Positions 49,229-59,587 are shown, numbered from the stretch's first letter. The stretch is DNA of 64,000 nucleotides from a virus (IMGVR_UViG_3300005264_000079:15372-79371), one strand, 5' to 3'. Program-made: numbers and translations. Notes: generated by a model not told the origin, from the letters alone.

Positions 49229-51355
49229 ATGAATAATGTTAATGATCAATTAGTAAGTGTACAGAACAATAATCAACATCTGATTGAGAACTACAAAAAT
49301 GAAGTTATTGCTACAATGCTCACACTATTTAAGAGAATGGAAAAATTGGTCAACAAAGAGATTTCTACTTTTTACAATGAGGACAGACTCCTCCAAAAAG
49401 ATAAGTCTGTCCTCATGAAAAAAGTTAAGGAAATACAAACAAATGAATTGAATAAGATTAAAAACAGAACAACAGAGGATATTGAGAAACTTCTCAGAGT
49501 AGAGGTTTCTGTGTACAAGGAACAATTAGAAAAAGTGTTTGCTGAGTTTTCAGAATACATTAGCATTAAAGGGGTAGATGAAGCCTCATTAAAGAAGACA
49601 TATAATAAAACAAGAATCACTTTAGATAATGGAGAAGTGCAAACGATAGCTTCTATGTGGGGGGCGTTTTTTGCAACAGTTAATGTTAGGGCAAATCAAA
49701 GTATTGAGAGTGCTTATCTTCTTGAGAAGAGTATTAAAGAACTTAAGAGTGATGTGAGTGGTGGACATAAGATAAATGAGAACCAATTGAATGCTATTAT
49801 TGCCACAACAATTCAACAGGCTTATGGTGTGGTAACTAAGGAAATGAATAATGCAAATAGCCATTTAATTAAAGGTTATTTATGGAATAGTGTTCTTGAT
49901 AGTAGGACAAGTCCTTTTTGTGCAGAGCATGCTGGAGAATACTACCTTTATGGCTATCCTGAGAAGTCAACTCTTCCTTATGAAATTTATGCCCCAGCAC
50001 ATTACCGATGCTTTTCTGATGATACAGAGATTTTTACTAATAGTGGGTGGAAGTATTTTAAGGATCTAAATGAGGAGGATAAATGTTTTTCTTTTAATCC
50101 AGAAGATGAGGAGGAGATTGCATTCGTTAAACCAATAAAACATATTGCATATAATTATAGTGGAGATATGATACACTTGCATAATAAATGGTTTGATACC
50201 TTGGTTACACCAAACCATGACTTGGTTGTTAATAAACGTGATGGTTATCATGTTTGGGGGGCAACAAAGTTTGTCAGAGCTGATTCTTTACCAAAAAATG
50301 ATTACAGAATACCAAGAGGCATTATGTGGAAGTCTGGTTTTAAATATGGAGAAATTCAATTAGGAAAGTATAAAGTGTCTCCTGAGTATTTTTGCACATT
50401 TATGGGGTATTATTTATCTGAAGGAAGTTTGACTTATGACAATAAAAAGGGCAGATGGGGCATAAAAATTTCGCAAGAAAAATATTTAGATGAGTTTTTC
50501 AATTACCTAAGTGCTGGGCCATTTTCAAACATATATAAATGTAAAGAAAGCATTATGATACATAATGAGCCTAAATTAGCTTTATATTTAAAGGGTTTTG
50601 GCTATAGCAGTGAAAAGTATGTGCCAGATATTATAAAAGAGATGCCAAAGGAGTTAATAGAAATCTTTCTCGATGCATATATTTTGGGAGATGGCACTAC
50701 ACAGAAAAGTTCAAGTTATAAAGATGGGGATTTTAAAGACTTTAGAAAAATACATACCTCATCTGATAGAATGGCAGATGATATTGGTGAGCTTATTTTA
50801 AAAGTTGGTGGTAGGCCAAGTTTTTATTTGGATAAGTGTGGTGGTAAAGAAGTTCAGTTTTCTAATGGCACATATGTAATAAACAAAGATGTTTGGTGTA
50901 TTAGTTGGTGTACAAAGGTATATACATATTCTGATAGATTAAAACGAGATAAGGTTGCTTATAACAGTGATGTTTACTGTGTGGAATTGCCAAAATGGCA
51001 TACTATCTATGTTAGGAGGAATGGACAACCTTCTTGGTCTGGTAATTGCAGAACATCTAATCCTCCTATCACACGGAGTTATAGTGAGCTTGGGATTCCT
51101 GAAGAGGCATTGACAGATAAACAAAAAGGATTACTCAATGGCACTTCTGCCGAACTACCGAGTTATTCTCAATGGTTCGATTCCCAACCAAAGCACATTC
51201 AGAAGGAGATTTTAGGGCCAACAAGATATAATGCATGGCAACAGAGTAGCATTTCTGTGGATAAGTTTTACAATAATGGTAGAAGATTGACATTGAAAGA
51301 ATTACAGCAAAAACAAATTACAATTTCAGAAGAATATTTAAGATATACAAATTAG
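49229..51355 (+). CDS. Head morphogenesis protein (MuF/SPP1 gp7-like), intein-interrupted
   Basis: 'WNSVLDSRTSPFC', spliced 'PAHYR|CRT', 'SYSQWFDSQP', 'EILGPTRY'. Confidence 0.88.
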   Translation: MNNVNDQLVSVQNNNQHLIENYKNEVIATMLTLFKRMEKLVNKEISTFYNEDRLLQKDKSVLMKKVKEIQTNELNKIKNRTTEDIEKLLRVEVSVYKEQLEKVFAEFSEYISIKGVDEASLKKTYNKTRITLDNGEVQTIASMWGAFFATVNVRANQSIESAYLLEKSIKELKSDVSGGHKINENQLNAIIATTIQQAYGVVTKEMNNANSHLIKGYLWNSVLDSRTSPFCAEHAGEYYLYGYPEKSTLPYEIYAPAHYRCFSDDTEIFTNSGWKYFKDLNEEDKCFSFNPEDEEEIAFVKPIKHIAYNYSGDMIHLHNKWFDTLVTPNHDLVVNKRDGYHVWGATKFVRADSLPKNDYRIPRGIMWKSGFKYGEIQLGKYKVSPEYFCTFMGYYLSEGSLTYDNKKGRWGIKISQEKYLDEFFNYLSAGPFSNIYKCKESIMIHNEPKLALYLKGFGYSSEKYVPDIIKEMPKELIEIFLDAYILGDGTTQKSSSYKDGDFKDFRKIHTSSDRMADDIGELILKVGGRPSFYLDKCGGKEVQFSNGTYVINKDVWCISWCTKVYTYSDRLKRDKVAYNSDVYCVELPKWHTIYVRRNGQPSWSGNCRTSNPPITRSYSELGIPEEALTDKQKGLLNGTSAELPSYSQWFDSQPKHIQKEILGPTRYNAWQQSSISVDKFYNNGRRLTLKELQQKQITISEEYLRYTN
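50009..51046 (+). mobile_element. Intein (346 aa) with two-motif LAGLIDADG endonuclease
   Basis: Cys1 'CFSDDTEIFT', block B 'VTPNH', 'MGYYLSEGS', 'FLDAYILGDG', ends 'WSGN|C'. Confidence 0.92.
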
Positions 51356-51363
51356 GAGAATAG

Positions 51364-52656
51364 ATGACAAATACAGAATGGTTTCTACAAAAAGTGGAGG
51401 CTCCCACTGACTCGGCAGACTATGCTGAGTTTTATGATTCCTTCTGCCTTGAGCAGGGACATGTGAGTTTGGAGACATACAAAAGATATACCAGAAAGAC
51501 AGTACAGGAATTCAGAGAAGAGTCTACTGAAAGTGTTGTGGCAGAAGAAGCCTTAAAAGAAACAGAAGTATTGCTTGATAGGCTTAATGAAACAGAGAAT
51601 AAGTTAGAGTTATCTTTGAAATCTTACAAAATTCAAGATGTGGAAATTGCGGCCAAGATAGCCGGTATAGATCTATCTCAATGGAAATGCATAGGTAAGA
51701 CCGTAAGGGCTTCTCAGAATGCATCTAATCCTTGGTTTATAGTAGAAGGTAGGTTTAGGCCTAAAGAGGAGTCAGAGATATCTCCTGAAGAGTTTATAGA
51801 GGCATTTCAGGATATGCTGTTGACACACACTCCACCAGAGAAAACTATTACCCCACCGAGGCACCCTTCTGAGGATAACATAGGTATATTTTCTTTTTAT
51901 GATCAACATATAGGTAAAAAGGTGTATGGGGATTCAACAGGTACTGGCTTAGATTGGACTACGGATTTAGCAAAGCAATCTATTTTAGATGCTACAGACC
52001 ACTTTATAGAGCAGATAAAAGACAAGGTGAATAGGGCTTGGTTTGTTTTAGGTAACGATCTGTTGAACTTTGATAACATTCAGGGAACTACTACTGCTGG
52101 AACACAACAGGTTAATGATATTGATTACGAGCATCTCATCGTAGAAGTAACTGACTTACTTATCACTGTTATAGAAAAACTTTTACACTATTTCCCTGTG
52201 GATGTCATTGTTGTTCCAGGAAATCATGACACAAACACAAGTTTTCTAACTGCTGAGATGGTCAGACACCACTTCCTTTACAATGATGATGTTGCTGTTG
52301 ATAACTCTTTTCCACTTATTAAGTATAGGTCTTTTGGGGAAACAGCTTTTGGCTTTGTACACGGCTCTGGTATGATAAAGAAAAAATATAATCTGCCTAT
52401 GCTCATGTTCCAGCAGAAACCAGAATATGCTCAGAAGAAGTTTAAGAGTTTTCATACAGGGCATCTTCACCAGAATAAGATTACTATAATGACAGAAGTG
52501 GAAGAACAGCAAGGTGTTGAATTAAGAATTCTTCCTTGCTTAAGCCCCACAGGAAGTTGGGCTTCAAGTAGAGGCTATATAGGGATACAACGTTCTAAAT
52601 GCCTTGTGTATAATAAAGATCATGGATTAGTGGCTGAATATATTTATTCGGCATAG
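51364..52656 (+). CDS. Calcineurin-like metallophosphoesterase with acidic N-terminal extension
   Basis: 'YDQHIG', 'LGNDLL', 'VPGNHD', 'FVHG', 'TGHLHQ'. Confidence 0.85.
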   Translation: MTNTEWFLQKVEAPTDSADYAEFYDSFCLEQGHVSLETYKRYTRKTVQEFREESTESVVAEEALKETEVLLDRLNETENKLELSLKSYKIQDVEIAAKIAGIDLSQWKCIGKTVRASQNASNPWFIVEGRFRPKEESEISPEEFIEAFQDMLLTHTPPEKTITPPRHPSEDNIGIFSFYDQHIGKKVYGDSTGTGLDWTTDLAKQSILDATDHFIEQIKDKVNRAWFVLGNDLLNFDNIQGTTTAGTQQVNDIDYEHLIVEVTDLLITVIEKLLHYFPVDVIVVPGNHDTNTSFLTAEMVRHHFLYNDDVAVDNSFPLIKYRSFGETAFGFVHGSGMIKKKYNLPMLMFQQKPEYAQKKFKSFHTGHLHQNKITIMTEVEEQQGVELRILPCLSPTGSWASSRGYIGIQRSKCLVYNKDHGLVAEYIYSA

Positions 52657-52660
52657 CAGT

Positions 52661-52691
52661 AACACCCCTGAAATATGGGGTGTTTTTTTTT
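52661..52691 (+). terminator. Intrinsic terminator
   Basis: aacacccc-tgaaatat-ggggtgtt followed by T-run. Confidence 0.9.
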
Positions 52692-52873
52692 AGTTATAAG
52701 CGTTGTGTGTGCTATGTGGTATTAGGATATATTATCATCTTAATGATTGCAGAAAAACATATGTATTTCTTGTGGAAAACCTGTGTCTTTAATGCAAATC
52801 TAAAGTAGTCTTACTTAATAGTGTTCTCTGTCAGAGACAAGGACTAACAAAAATTACCAGAGGTAGTACAAAA

Positions 52874-53626
52874 ATGAATGAATTGATCGAATTTCTCCAG
52901 AAAGAAGGATTGCTTGTAGACGGAGCAGATGTAAAGAAGATTGAAGACAAAGCGACTGAGTACGTAGAGTCAAAAGTACAGGAACAGACAGTGGGGCTTA
53001 TTAATAATAGAGATAGGCTTAAAGAAGAAAAGATTAAAATCCAGCAGACATTGGAAGAGCTTAAAACAAAGTATTCTTTTGTTGAAGACAATGACTTATC
53101 TTCTGAATTGTTCACTGACATGAAAAATCAGCTTGAAACATTCCGGGCAAAGGGTGATTCCGATGAGGAATTTGAAGAAAAACTTAAACAGAACTATGAA
53201 AGAGGCAAGAAAGCAAAACTTGATGAACTTAGTCCCAGACTAAGCACTCTTGAAGTAGACCTTAAAGAGGCACAGAAGAAAGCAAAAGATGCAAACCGTC
53301 TGTTTGTAGACTATAAAGCAGAAGCAGAAATCAGAAAAGCAGTTAATGATGCTGGTCTTCAGGTGGATTCTATCTGGTTTAACGGGCTTAAACAAGATGC
53401 TGTGATTGAAGTTGGTGATAATGGAGTTATGGAAATATCCCTTCCTTACGAGGGTGGCACACTCCCTATTGGTGATTGGACAAAATCATTTCCTGCTACC
53501 ACAGCCGGCAAAAGACTTCTTCCTGCAAGTGCAAGTAAAGGTGGTGGTGCCCATGGTGGTGCTTCTGGAGATAGTGGATCATCTACATCCCTTGCTGAAC
53601 AGTATAGTTCTATGTTCAAAGCATAA
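52874..53626 (+). CDS. Capsid scaffolding protein
   Basis: Acidic coiled-coil, Gly-rich tail 'SKGGGAHGG', directly upstream of capsid. Confidence 0.75.
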   Translation: MNELIEFLQKEGLLVDGADVKKIEDKATEYVESKVQEQTVGLINNRDRLKEEKIKIQQTLEELKTKYSFVEDNDLSSELFTDMKNQLETFRAKGDSDEEFEEKLKQNYERGKKAKLDELSPRLSTLEVDLKEAQKKAKDANRLFVDYKAEAEIRKAVNDAGLQVDSIWFNGLKQDAVIEVGDNGVMEISLPYEGGTLPIGDWTKSFPATTAGKRLLPASASKGGGAHGGASGDSGSSTSLAEQYSSMFKA

Positions 53627-53685
53627 AATTCTCTTGTAAAGAGAGATAATAAATTTTACTCACACGAATATGGAGGAAATAACCT

Positions 53686-54609
53686 ATGAGTATTAAAGAT
53701 ACATTTAGAGAGATTGCTATTGCAAACTCACCCAAACAGCCCCTGATGGTTGATCAGCTTCTGGAAGAGGCTCCCATTCTTGGAAGTCTTCCTATGAGTC
53801 CTTCTTCTAATGGATTCCAGCACAACTACGAAGAAGTTGAAGCTGTAACCGGAGCTGGCCTTGTAGACATGGATGAGGCTCTGCCAGAGGTAAATTCTAC
53901 CACTAAACTGGATAAGATCGATCTGTCTATCCTTGGTGGAACAATGAAAGTTGGTGAGGACAAAGCTAAAGCATTTGGTGGCCCCGGTAACTACTTTGCA
54001 CAGAAACAGCCTCTTATCCTGAAAAAGTCAGGTATGGATGCTGAACAGTCAATTCTGTACAATAGTATTAGAGCAAAAGCCCTTACTACTGGTGGCGATC
54101 ATCAGATTAGTGCAGGTGGTTCTAATAATACCAACTATTCCATTCTTGCTGTTAAATGGGCGGCTGGTGAAACTACCGGTTTGTTTGACCCTAATGGTTT
54201 TGGTAGAGGTGTTCTTATGGACACTATGGCAATTAACGGTGGTAACGTATACGAAGATTCCAATGGTCGTCTTGTATATGGTATGAGAATGAAATCTACT
54301 ATTGGTATGATGCTTGCAAATGAAAGATATGTTTCTTCTATTGTAAATATTGATATTGATAGTACAACACAGAAGATCCCTACTGAGATGCAGATCGATG
54401 CACTGGTAGAATCTGTACGTGGTCAGATTGGTGGCGGTACTGTTCTTTACATGCACCCCAAAGTATTGTCTCAGCTTTATAAATATAAAGCGTCATCTCT
54501 CCAGCTTGATGTTGGTAACAGAGATATTGACAGAAGTTTTAACCTGTGGAATGGTATCCCTATTATCACTTCTTACAACTTCCTTGAAGGTACTGAGGCT
54601 AACGTATAA
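53686..54609 (+). CDS. Major capsid protein (HK97 fold)
   Basis: 307 aa; 'LLEEAPIL', 'WNGIPII'; position and biased codon usage. Confidence 0.88.
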   Translation: MSIKDTFREIAIANSPKQPLMVDQLLEEAPILGSLPMSPSSNGFQHNYEEVEAVTGAGLVDMDEALPEVNSTTKLDKIDLSILGGTMKVGEDKAKAFGGPGNYFAQKQPLILKKSGMDAEQSILYNSIRAKALTTGGDHQISAGGSNNTNYSILAVKWAAGETTGLFDPNGFGRGVLMDTMAINGGNVYEDSNGRLVYGMRMKSTIGMMLANERYVSSIVNIDIDSTTQKIPTEMQIDALVESVRGQIGGGTVLYMHPKVLSQLYKYKASSLQLDVGNRDIDRSFNLWNGIPIITSYNFLEGTEANV

Positions 54610-54663
54610 TTAGCTTAGTATAAGCTAAATTGACTTATTTAGATATTATTGGAGGTATATGAT

Positions 54664-55056
54664 ATGTCACAGGAACTTGCTTCCGCTACTATTAGCGGTG
54701 AACTTTATTCCGACACCGATCGGATTTTTGATGGAGAAACTAATCCAGTTTCTAGTTCTGCAACATCTGCTATTTTGAAATTAGGTAAGACTCTTGACGC
54801 TCTTGAAGTAGTTGGGGTTGCTGTTACAGCTATGACAGTTCTTTCTAAGGTTGAGTATGAATATTCTGCAAACGCAGATATGTCAAGCTCTACCACGGTG
54901 GATGTGCCTATTAGTGGTGCATCTGTAGGTGCTGGAGTTGAATTTTTTAGATTTGCTCCTGATCACACTAAGCCTGTTTATGCTCGAATTATTGTTACCG
55001 GAGGCTCTGGTGCCACCGGTACTTTTGATGTAAACATTGCTTCTGTAAGGAAATAA
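54664..55056 (+). CDS. Capsid decoration/cement-like protein
   Basis: beta-rich, 'YARIIVTGG..TGTFDV'; GGAGGT RBS before ATG 54664. Confidence 0.55.
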   Translation: MSQELASATISGELYSDTDRIFDGETNPVSSSATSAILKLGKTLDALEVVGVAVTAMTVLSKVEYEYSANADMSSSTTVDVPISGASVGAGVEFFRFAPDHTKPVYARIIVTGGSGATGTFDVNIASVRK

Positions 55057-55073
55057 TTTAAAGGGGATAAATT

Positions 55074-55352
55074 ATGGGTAAAAACATTTATCCATGCTTT
55101 AAATGCGGGAGTTGGTTTGAAACAATAGGAGCACAGAAGGCACATGCCCGCAAATGCACCGGAGTAAAGCCAATTGCTGTTAAAGCAGGAGAAAAAAAAG
55201 AAAGTTCTAATGTTGTAAAGGAGAGTGCAGAATTTAATCGTGAAGAAGCTATCGTCAAACTGAAAGAAGCTGAAGTGATTAAGGATAAAAGATCTGTAGC
55301 TCGAAAAACTGATGAGGAACTTATTGATATGCTAAAAGCAATTGAAGCATGA
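55074..55352 (+). CDS. Small protein with CxxC..H..C finger and helical C-terminus
   Basis: 'YPCFKCG...KAHARKC'. Confidence 0.55.
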   Translation: MGKNIYPCFKCGSWFETIGAQKAHARKCTGVKPIAVKAGEKKESSNVVKESAEFNREEAIVKLKEAEVIKDKRSVARKTDEELIDMLKAIEA

Positions 55353-55355
55353 GCG

Positions 55356-55391
55356 AAGCCCCCATCCACACAAGGATAGGGGCTTTTTTTT
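55356..55391 (+). terminator. Intrinsic terminator
   Basis: aagcccc..atcc-loop-ggat..ggggctt plus T-run. Confidence 0.85.
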
Positions 55392-55405
55392 ATGGGGGAG
55401 ATAAC

Positions 55406-55963
55406 ATGAGTTTACTCGGAAACATATACGATAAAGTAAAGGAAATAACTGTTTTAGTTGGAGGATCTTCTGATTCTACAGATATCCCTATATATAAGTA
55501 CTTAACTAATCTTGAGACTAAAAATGCTAAAGTAGATTACTCCTCCACTCCTACTTCTTATAAATACACTGCGGATAGTTCCAGAGTAGATATGCTTGAA
55601 AGATTAAATATCTACTACTCTGACTCTGGTTCTTTTGATTCTGGTGGGTTTGGTAACGGGAGTGCATTAACAAATGGTATTGTCGTGAATGCACAAATAA
55701 ATGGTATTTTGTATACTTATACAGATGGCATACCTATAAAAACTAATGGCTTTTGGAACACTTTAGCAGGTGTGGATGTTAGGCATGAGAAATATGGTGC
55801 TGGGGATGAGTACATATCTGTCCGATTCACAATGGCTCGTTCAGGGCAACCTGCAATTTTGGATGGCTCAAAGGGGGATTATTTTGAAGTTGTTCTAAAT
55901 GATAATTTCTCTGTACTCACTAACTTTTATATGATGGTACAAGGTAGAGGGGTAAGTAAATGA
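55406..55963 (+). CDS. Hypothetical virion-region protein
   Basis: ORF track; likely start ATG 55406 behind GGGGAG. Confidence 0.6.
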   Translation: MSLLGNIYDKVKEITVLVGGSSDSTDIPIYKYLTNLETKNAKVDYSSTPTSYKYTADSSRVDMLERLNIYYSDSGSFDSGGFGNGSALTNGIVVNAQINGILYTYTDGIPIKTNGFWNTLAGVDVRHEKYGAGDEYISVRFTMARSGQPAILDGSKGDYFEVVLNDNFSVLTNFYMMVQGRGVSK

Positions 55964-56502
55964 GTGACATAAGCACTAAGAATAGAGCACTGTCCTTTTC
56001 TGGAGATGGGTGGGTAGTCACCCCCTATGCCGATGACTACATATCTCGGGGGTGTGCTTTCCAAGTACATAGGATATTGGAAGTGCCTGCTGGAGGATTG
56101 AAGATTGCAATAGATTTTTCATCTGTTACAGATAAAGTATTATTTACAATGCCATTATATTTTGCAACTAATGAGGGGCAGGTGTACGTTAGGACATACA
56201 AGGTAGTATCCTACACCGGGGGAACAATAATACCTGTTATCAATCGTAATGGTTTGTCAGGGAATGTAGCTCAAGGTGTGTTTAGTAGTGGTATAACTAC
56301 AGCAGATACTCCAGGAGACGATTTGCGGGAATATATAGTAGGAGCCTTATCAACGAATAAACTACCGGGTGGCGGCACTGGTGGCGGTAGTTATCCCAAG
56401 GTGTTCAGTAATGGCATTATAGTCTTTGATATCATTAACAAGGAATCAAGTGCAGTGGATCTTGAGATTGATTTAAATTGGTACGAAGTTCCAAAGGTAT
56501 AA
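55960..56502 (+). CDS. Hypothetical virion-region protein
   Basis: ORF track. Confidence 0.6.
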   Translation: MSDISTKNRALSFSGDGWVVTPYADDYISRGCAFQVHRILEVPAGGLKIAIDFSSVTDKVLFTMPLYFATNEGQVYVRTYKVVSYTGGTIIPVINRNGLSGNVAQGVFSSGITTADTPGDDLREYIVGALSTNKLPGGGTGGGSYPKVFSNGIIVFDIINKESSAVDLEIDLNWYEVPKV

Positions 56503-56533
56503 ATCATAGAATATAATTGCAAGAGAGGTAAAT

Positions 56534-57250
56534 ATGTGGGAAGCACTATTTACAGTATTGATAGAATTTTACAACACACTTAACCCTACAGTACAGACTC
56601 TAATAGTTTTAGGAGTACTTTACTCAGTCAGGGCAGGAGTGATACAGCTTCCAAACATATTTAAAAATAAGCATGAAGTAAATGCAGAAATGCAAGGTGT
56701 ATGCCCTGACTATCACACCTTCTTGGATAAGATTAGATCTGAGAGAAGCAAGGGTGAGGAAGTGCATAGGATTAAATATTTTGACACTGTATATAAGCAA
56801 ATGTGCGAAGTTGAAACTGTTACAGAAAGTGTAAAAGATATCATTACTGATAGTTATTCAGAATTATTGGATCAAGAAAATTTGTCTGAAAAGGACAAAT
56901 CCACGGCTTTACAGATATATGATCTAATAACAGATGTTGCTATGGAAGAAGCAATAGGGTATTTGAGAAAGTATGTAAAGCATAATGGGTTCACAACTTA
57001 CGATGATGTAGGCTTTCAGACATACATACATCAAAGATCTTTTGATTTACAGAAGATAATAAAAAAAGTGATAGATAGAAGGTATTTGAAAGATCAATTA
57101 CAGGTGGATAGACGAAAGTTATATGATACAAATATGACTGTTTTTTATGAGAAAATACAGATATTGCTGAGTGATCTTTTTATACATTTACGGGCTATAG
57201 CAGAGGAATCCGAGAATAAAATTAAAGAAATTGAAAAGGAAAAGGAATAG
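56534..57250 (+). CDS. Hypothetical protein with N-terminal hydrophobic segment
   Basis: 'TVQTLIVLGVLYSVRAGVI'; holin role not supported beyond this. Confidence 0.55.
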   Translation: MWEALFTVLIEFYNTLNPTVQTLIVLGVLYSVRAGVIQLPNIFKNKHEVNAEMQGVCPDYHTFLDKIRSERSKGEEVHRIKYFDTVYKQMCEVETVTESVKDIITDSYSELLDQENLSEKDKSTALQIYDLITDVAMEEAIGYLRKYVKHNGFTTYDDVGFQTYIHQRSFDLQKIIKKVIDRRYLKDQLQVDRRKLYDTNMTVFYEKIQILLSDLFIHLRAIAEESENKIKEIEKEKE

Positions 57251-57253
57251 CAA

Positions 57254-57793
57254 ATGGAAGTAACATTTGACTCAGCAGTAGGTAGTAGTTTTGCGACAAG
57301 TTATAACTCTGTATCAGAGTTACAGCAATATTTTTTTGATAATGGGTATGATTATTCTCCTTATTCAGAAAATGATTTGAAGAGATACTTGAATCAAGCA
57401 TCCTCCTATCTTGATAATGAGTATAGGTCAGATTTTCCAGGTATACGTGATGAGGACAGTCAAGCACTGGAGTGGCCTCGTATTGGTGCTTTTTACCTTG
57501 ATGGCTTTGACATTTCAGAGGATAGCATCCCAGTAGAACTAAAGAAAGCAACTTCTGAAATGGTGTATTTAATTACACAAGGATATGTTCCAAATGCTGT
57601 TATTAGTAAAAGTGGAAAGATAGTTTCAGAAACATCAAAGGTGGATGTCATTACATCAGCAATAGAATATGAAAAAGGTTCTACTTTGTACCATGATGTT
57701 TACACTAATATAGATAGTATACTATCTCGTATCATTGGTAGTAATTCAAGTTTTGCACTAACAGTGTTACGGACAGGCGGGGATAGCCCGTAG
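57254..57793 (+). CDS. Head-tail adaptor (DnaT-like family)
   Basis: 'SYNSV', 'QALEWPR', 'IPVELKKATSEM', 'KVDVI..EY'. Confidence 0.8.
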   Translation: MEVTFDSAVGSSFATSYNSVSELQQYFFDNGYDYSPYSENDLKRYLNQASSYLDNEYRSDFPGIRDEDSQALEWPRIGAFYLDGFDISEDSIPVELKKATSEMVYLITQGYVPNAVISKSGKIVSETSKVDVITSAIEYEKGSTLYHDVYTNIDSILSRIIGSNSSFALTVLRTGGDSP

Positions 57794-57802
57794 GAGGAAA
57801 TA

Positions 57803-58195
57803 ATGGCAAAGATTTTTACAGCAGATAGTGACTACTATGTGGTTGCTTCTAACATTGATAATGCAGTGACATTGTATCATCAAGAGAGAGGACACTACCC
57901 TGAAACAATCACTGTTTACAAAGAAGATGGGTTTGTGTTTGAAGAATCTACAATTGTAGAGATTAGCACAGGTGTTCTACCAGAATTGGCAGAAACAGAT
58001 GGGGCAGTTGTGTCTCCTTCTCTCCCTTCTTACATTAAGAAAGGGGATGCTATTACGTTACAAGCAACCACATCACCCAATTATACAACGTTTGTTAATT
58101 GGACGGTAGATGGTGTTGAGGTAGCCGTAACAAACCCTTTCACATACGTTGCCACAGATAAGGATGCTATTGTTGTAGCAAACTTCTCAGCTTAA
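57803..58195 (+). CDS. Protein with C-terminal InlB B-repeat-like domain
   Basis: 'KGDAITLQA...Y..FVNWT...NPFTY...VVANFS'. Confidence 0.6.
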   Translation: MAKIFTADSDYYVVASNIDNAVTLYHQERGHYPETITVYKEDGFVFEESTIVEISTGVLPELAETDGAVVSPSLPSYIKKGDAITLQATTSPNYTTFVNWTVDGVEVAVTNPFTYVATDKDAIVVANFSA

Positions 58196-58205
58196 GGAGA
58201 AAAGT

Positions 58206-58619
58206 ATGGACAAGTTTGATTACCAGAAGACACTAGCAACGGCTGTACAACTTCTTAACAAATTCGGAAGCGTTGTTTTCAAGCAAAGTGCTTATGACAC
58301 TTCCTTATGGGAAAAAGAGTACGACCCTGTGACGGGGAGTTTTACTTGGACTAATATAGCTTCTGGAGCAGAACAAACTGTAGAGCCAGAAGATGATATT
58401 GAAGAGGCTGATGGTGTAGTAGTAGTAAATATTAGTGACGAGTTACTTGAGAACAGTCTTGTGAAGAGGAGTGATAGAGAACTCCTCATTATTGGGATCA
58501 AAGAGCCTGTTGCAGGGGATACTTTTACTGTTAATAATGTTAAGTATAAGTACATTGCCCATGATACTGTAAATCCAGCAGGAACAGCTTTGCTATATAA
58601 AATTGCTGTGAGGAAGTAG
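58206..58619 (+). CDS. Head closure/stopper protein
   Basis: 'QLLNKFG', 'YDPVTG', 'VNPAGTALLYK'. Confidence 0.75.
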   Translation: MDKFDYQKTLATAVQLLNKFGSVVFKQSAYDTSLWEKEYDPVTGSFTWTNIASGAEQTVEPEDDIEEADGVVVVNISDELLENSLVKRSDRELLIIGIKEPVAGDTFTVNNVKYKYIAHDTVNPAGTALLYKIAVRK

Positions 58620-58620
58620 T

Positions 58621-59151
58621 ATGGCAAAAGGGTACAACAAACAGTTTATTATGGATATTGATAGCTTTGCTGATAAGACCATTAATACTATAAATGACGT
58701 TAGGGTAGCAATGGCCTATGATTTATTCAGCAGGGTAGTAGATAGAACACCTATCTGGTTTACATTTGAGAAGCATTCAGGTACAGCTAAGTATAATTGG
58801 ACATGCACTTTAAATGCTCCTTCTACAATTGTGTTAAAGGGTACTGACAAAAAAGGTACTCTCACTAAGGCAAGAATGAAAAAAGTGTTAGACAGGACAC
58901 AGGGTGATGACACTATTTATTTTGCAAATAATGTACCCTATATTTTCCATTTGGAAGATGGGCTATATCCAAAGAATGTCCCTAATGATGGTAAGCATGG
59001 CTCTTACAATAAACAAACTCATAAATATGAGGTGAGAAGTATTGGAGGCTTTTCTACACAGGCTCCACAAGGTATGGTAAAACTTACTTTAGCAGAATAC
59101 CCTCATATTTACAAGAAAGCAATACAAAAAGCACAAGCAAAAAATAAGTGA
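58621..59151 (+). CDS. Neck/tail-completion (HK97 gp10-like) protein
   Basis: 'VVDRTP', 'IYFANNVPYIFHLEDG', 'STQAPQGMV'. Confidence 0.8.
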   Translation: MAKGYNKQFIMDIDSFADKTINTINDVRVAMAYDLFSRVVDRTPIWFTFEKHSGTAKYNWTCTLNAPSTIVLKGTDKKGTLTKARMKKVLDRTQGDDTIYFANNVPYIFHLEDGLYPKNVPNDGKHGSYNKQTHKYEVRSIGGFSTQAPQGMVKLTLAEYPHIYKKAIQKAQAKNK

Positions 59152-59160
59152 GGATAAAGG

Positions 59161-59574
59161 ATGACACCAAAGGATACGGATAAGGCATTAGATTATCGGT
59201 TATCAGAATATCGATCAAAATACCCTATAGATATTGCTTACCCTTCAGTCAGTTATGAGCCAAGGGTTGGAACAGCCTTCCTCACTATAGATTACTTGCA
59301 TGGGGAGTCATATCAAGTAGAGCTTGGCACAGAGTCAGATGATAGGGATGTAGGTATTTATCAAATAACTTTGAACACTGAGAACAACAGAGGATCGTTG
59401 GAAGCCTCTACAATTATTACTCAGCTTAAAGAATTTTTTAAAAGAGGGACAGTCGCCTCATATAACGGATTGAATGTACGGATCACTAATTTCAGTTTAG
59501 GGAGTTATGATTCTTCTGGAGATTGGTATAGAGAAGTGGTTAATATTACTTATCGTGCTGACTTAGCAAATTAA
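59161..59574 (+). CDS. Tail terminator protein
   Basis: 'IAYPSVSYEP', 'GIYQI', 'FKRGT', position before tail tube. Confidence 0.7.
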   Translation: MTPKDTDKALDYRLSEYRSKYPIDIAYPSVSYEPRVGTAFLTIDYLHGESYQVELGTESDDRDVGIYQITLNTENNRGSLEASTIITQLKEFFKRGTVASYNGLNVRITNFSLGSYDSSGDWYREVVNITYRADLAN

Positions 59575-59587
59575 TTGGAGGTAAACC

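Noticed and set aside
56534-57250. Holin call
   Set aside because: One hydrophobic stretch, a large soluble domain and no adjacent endolysin.
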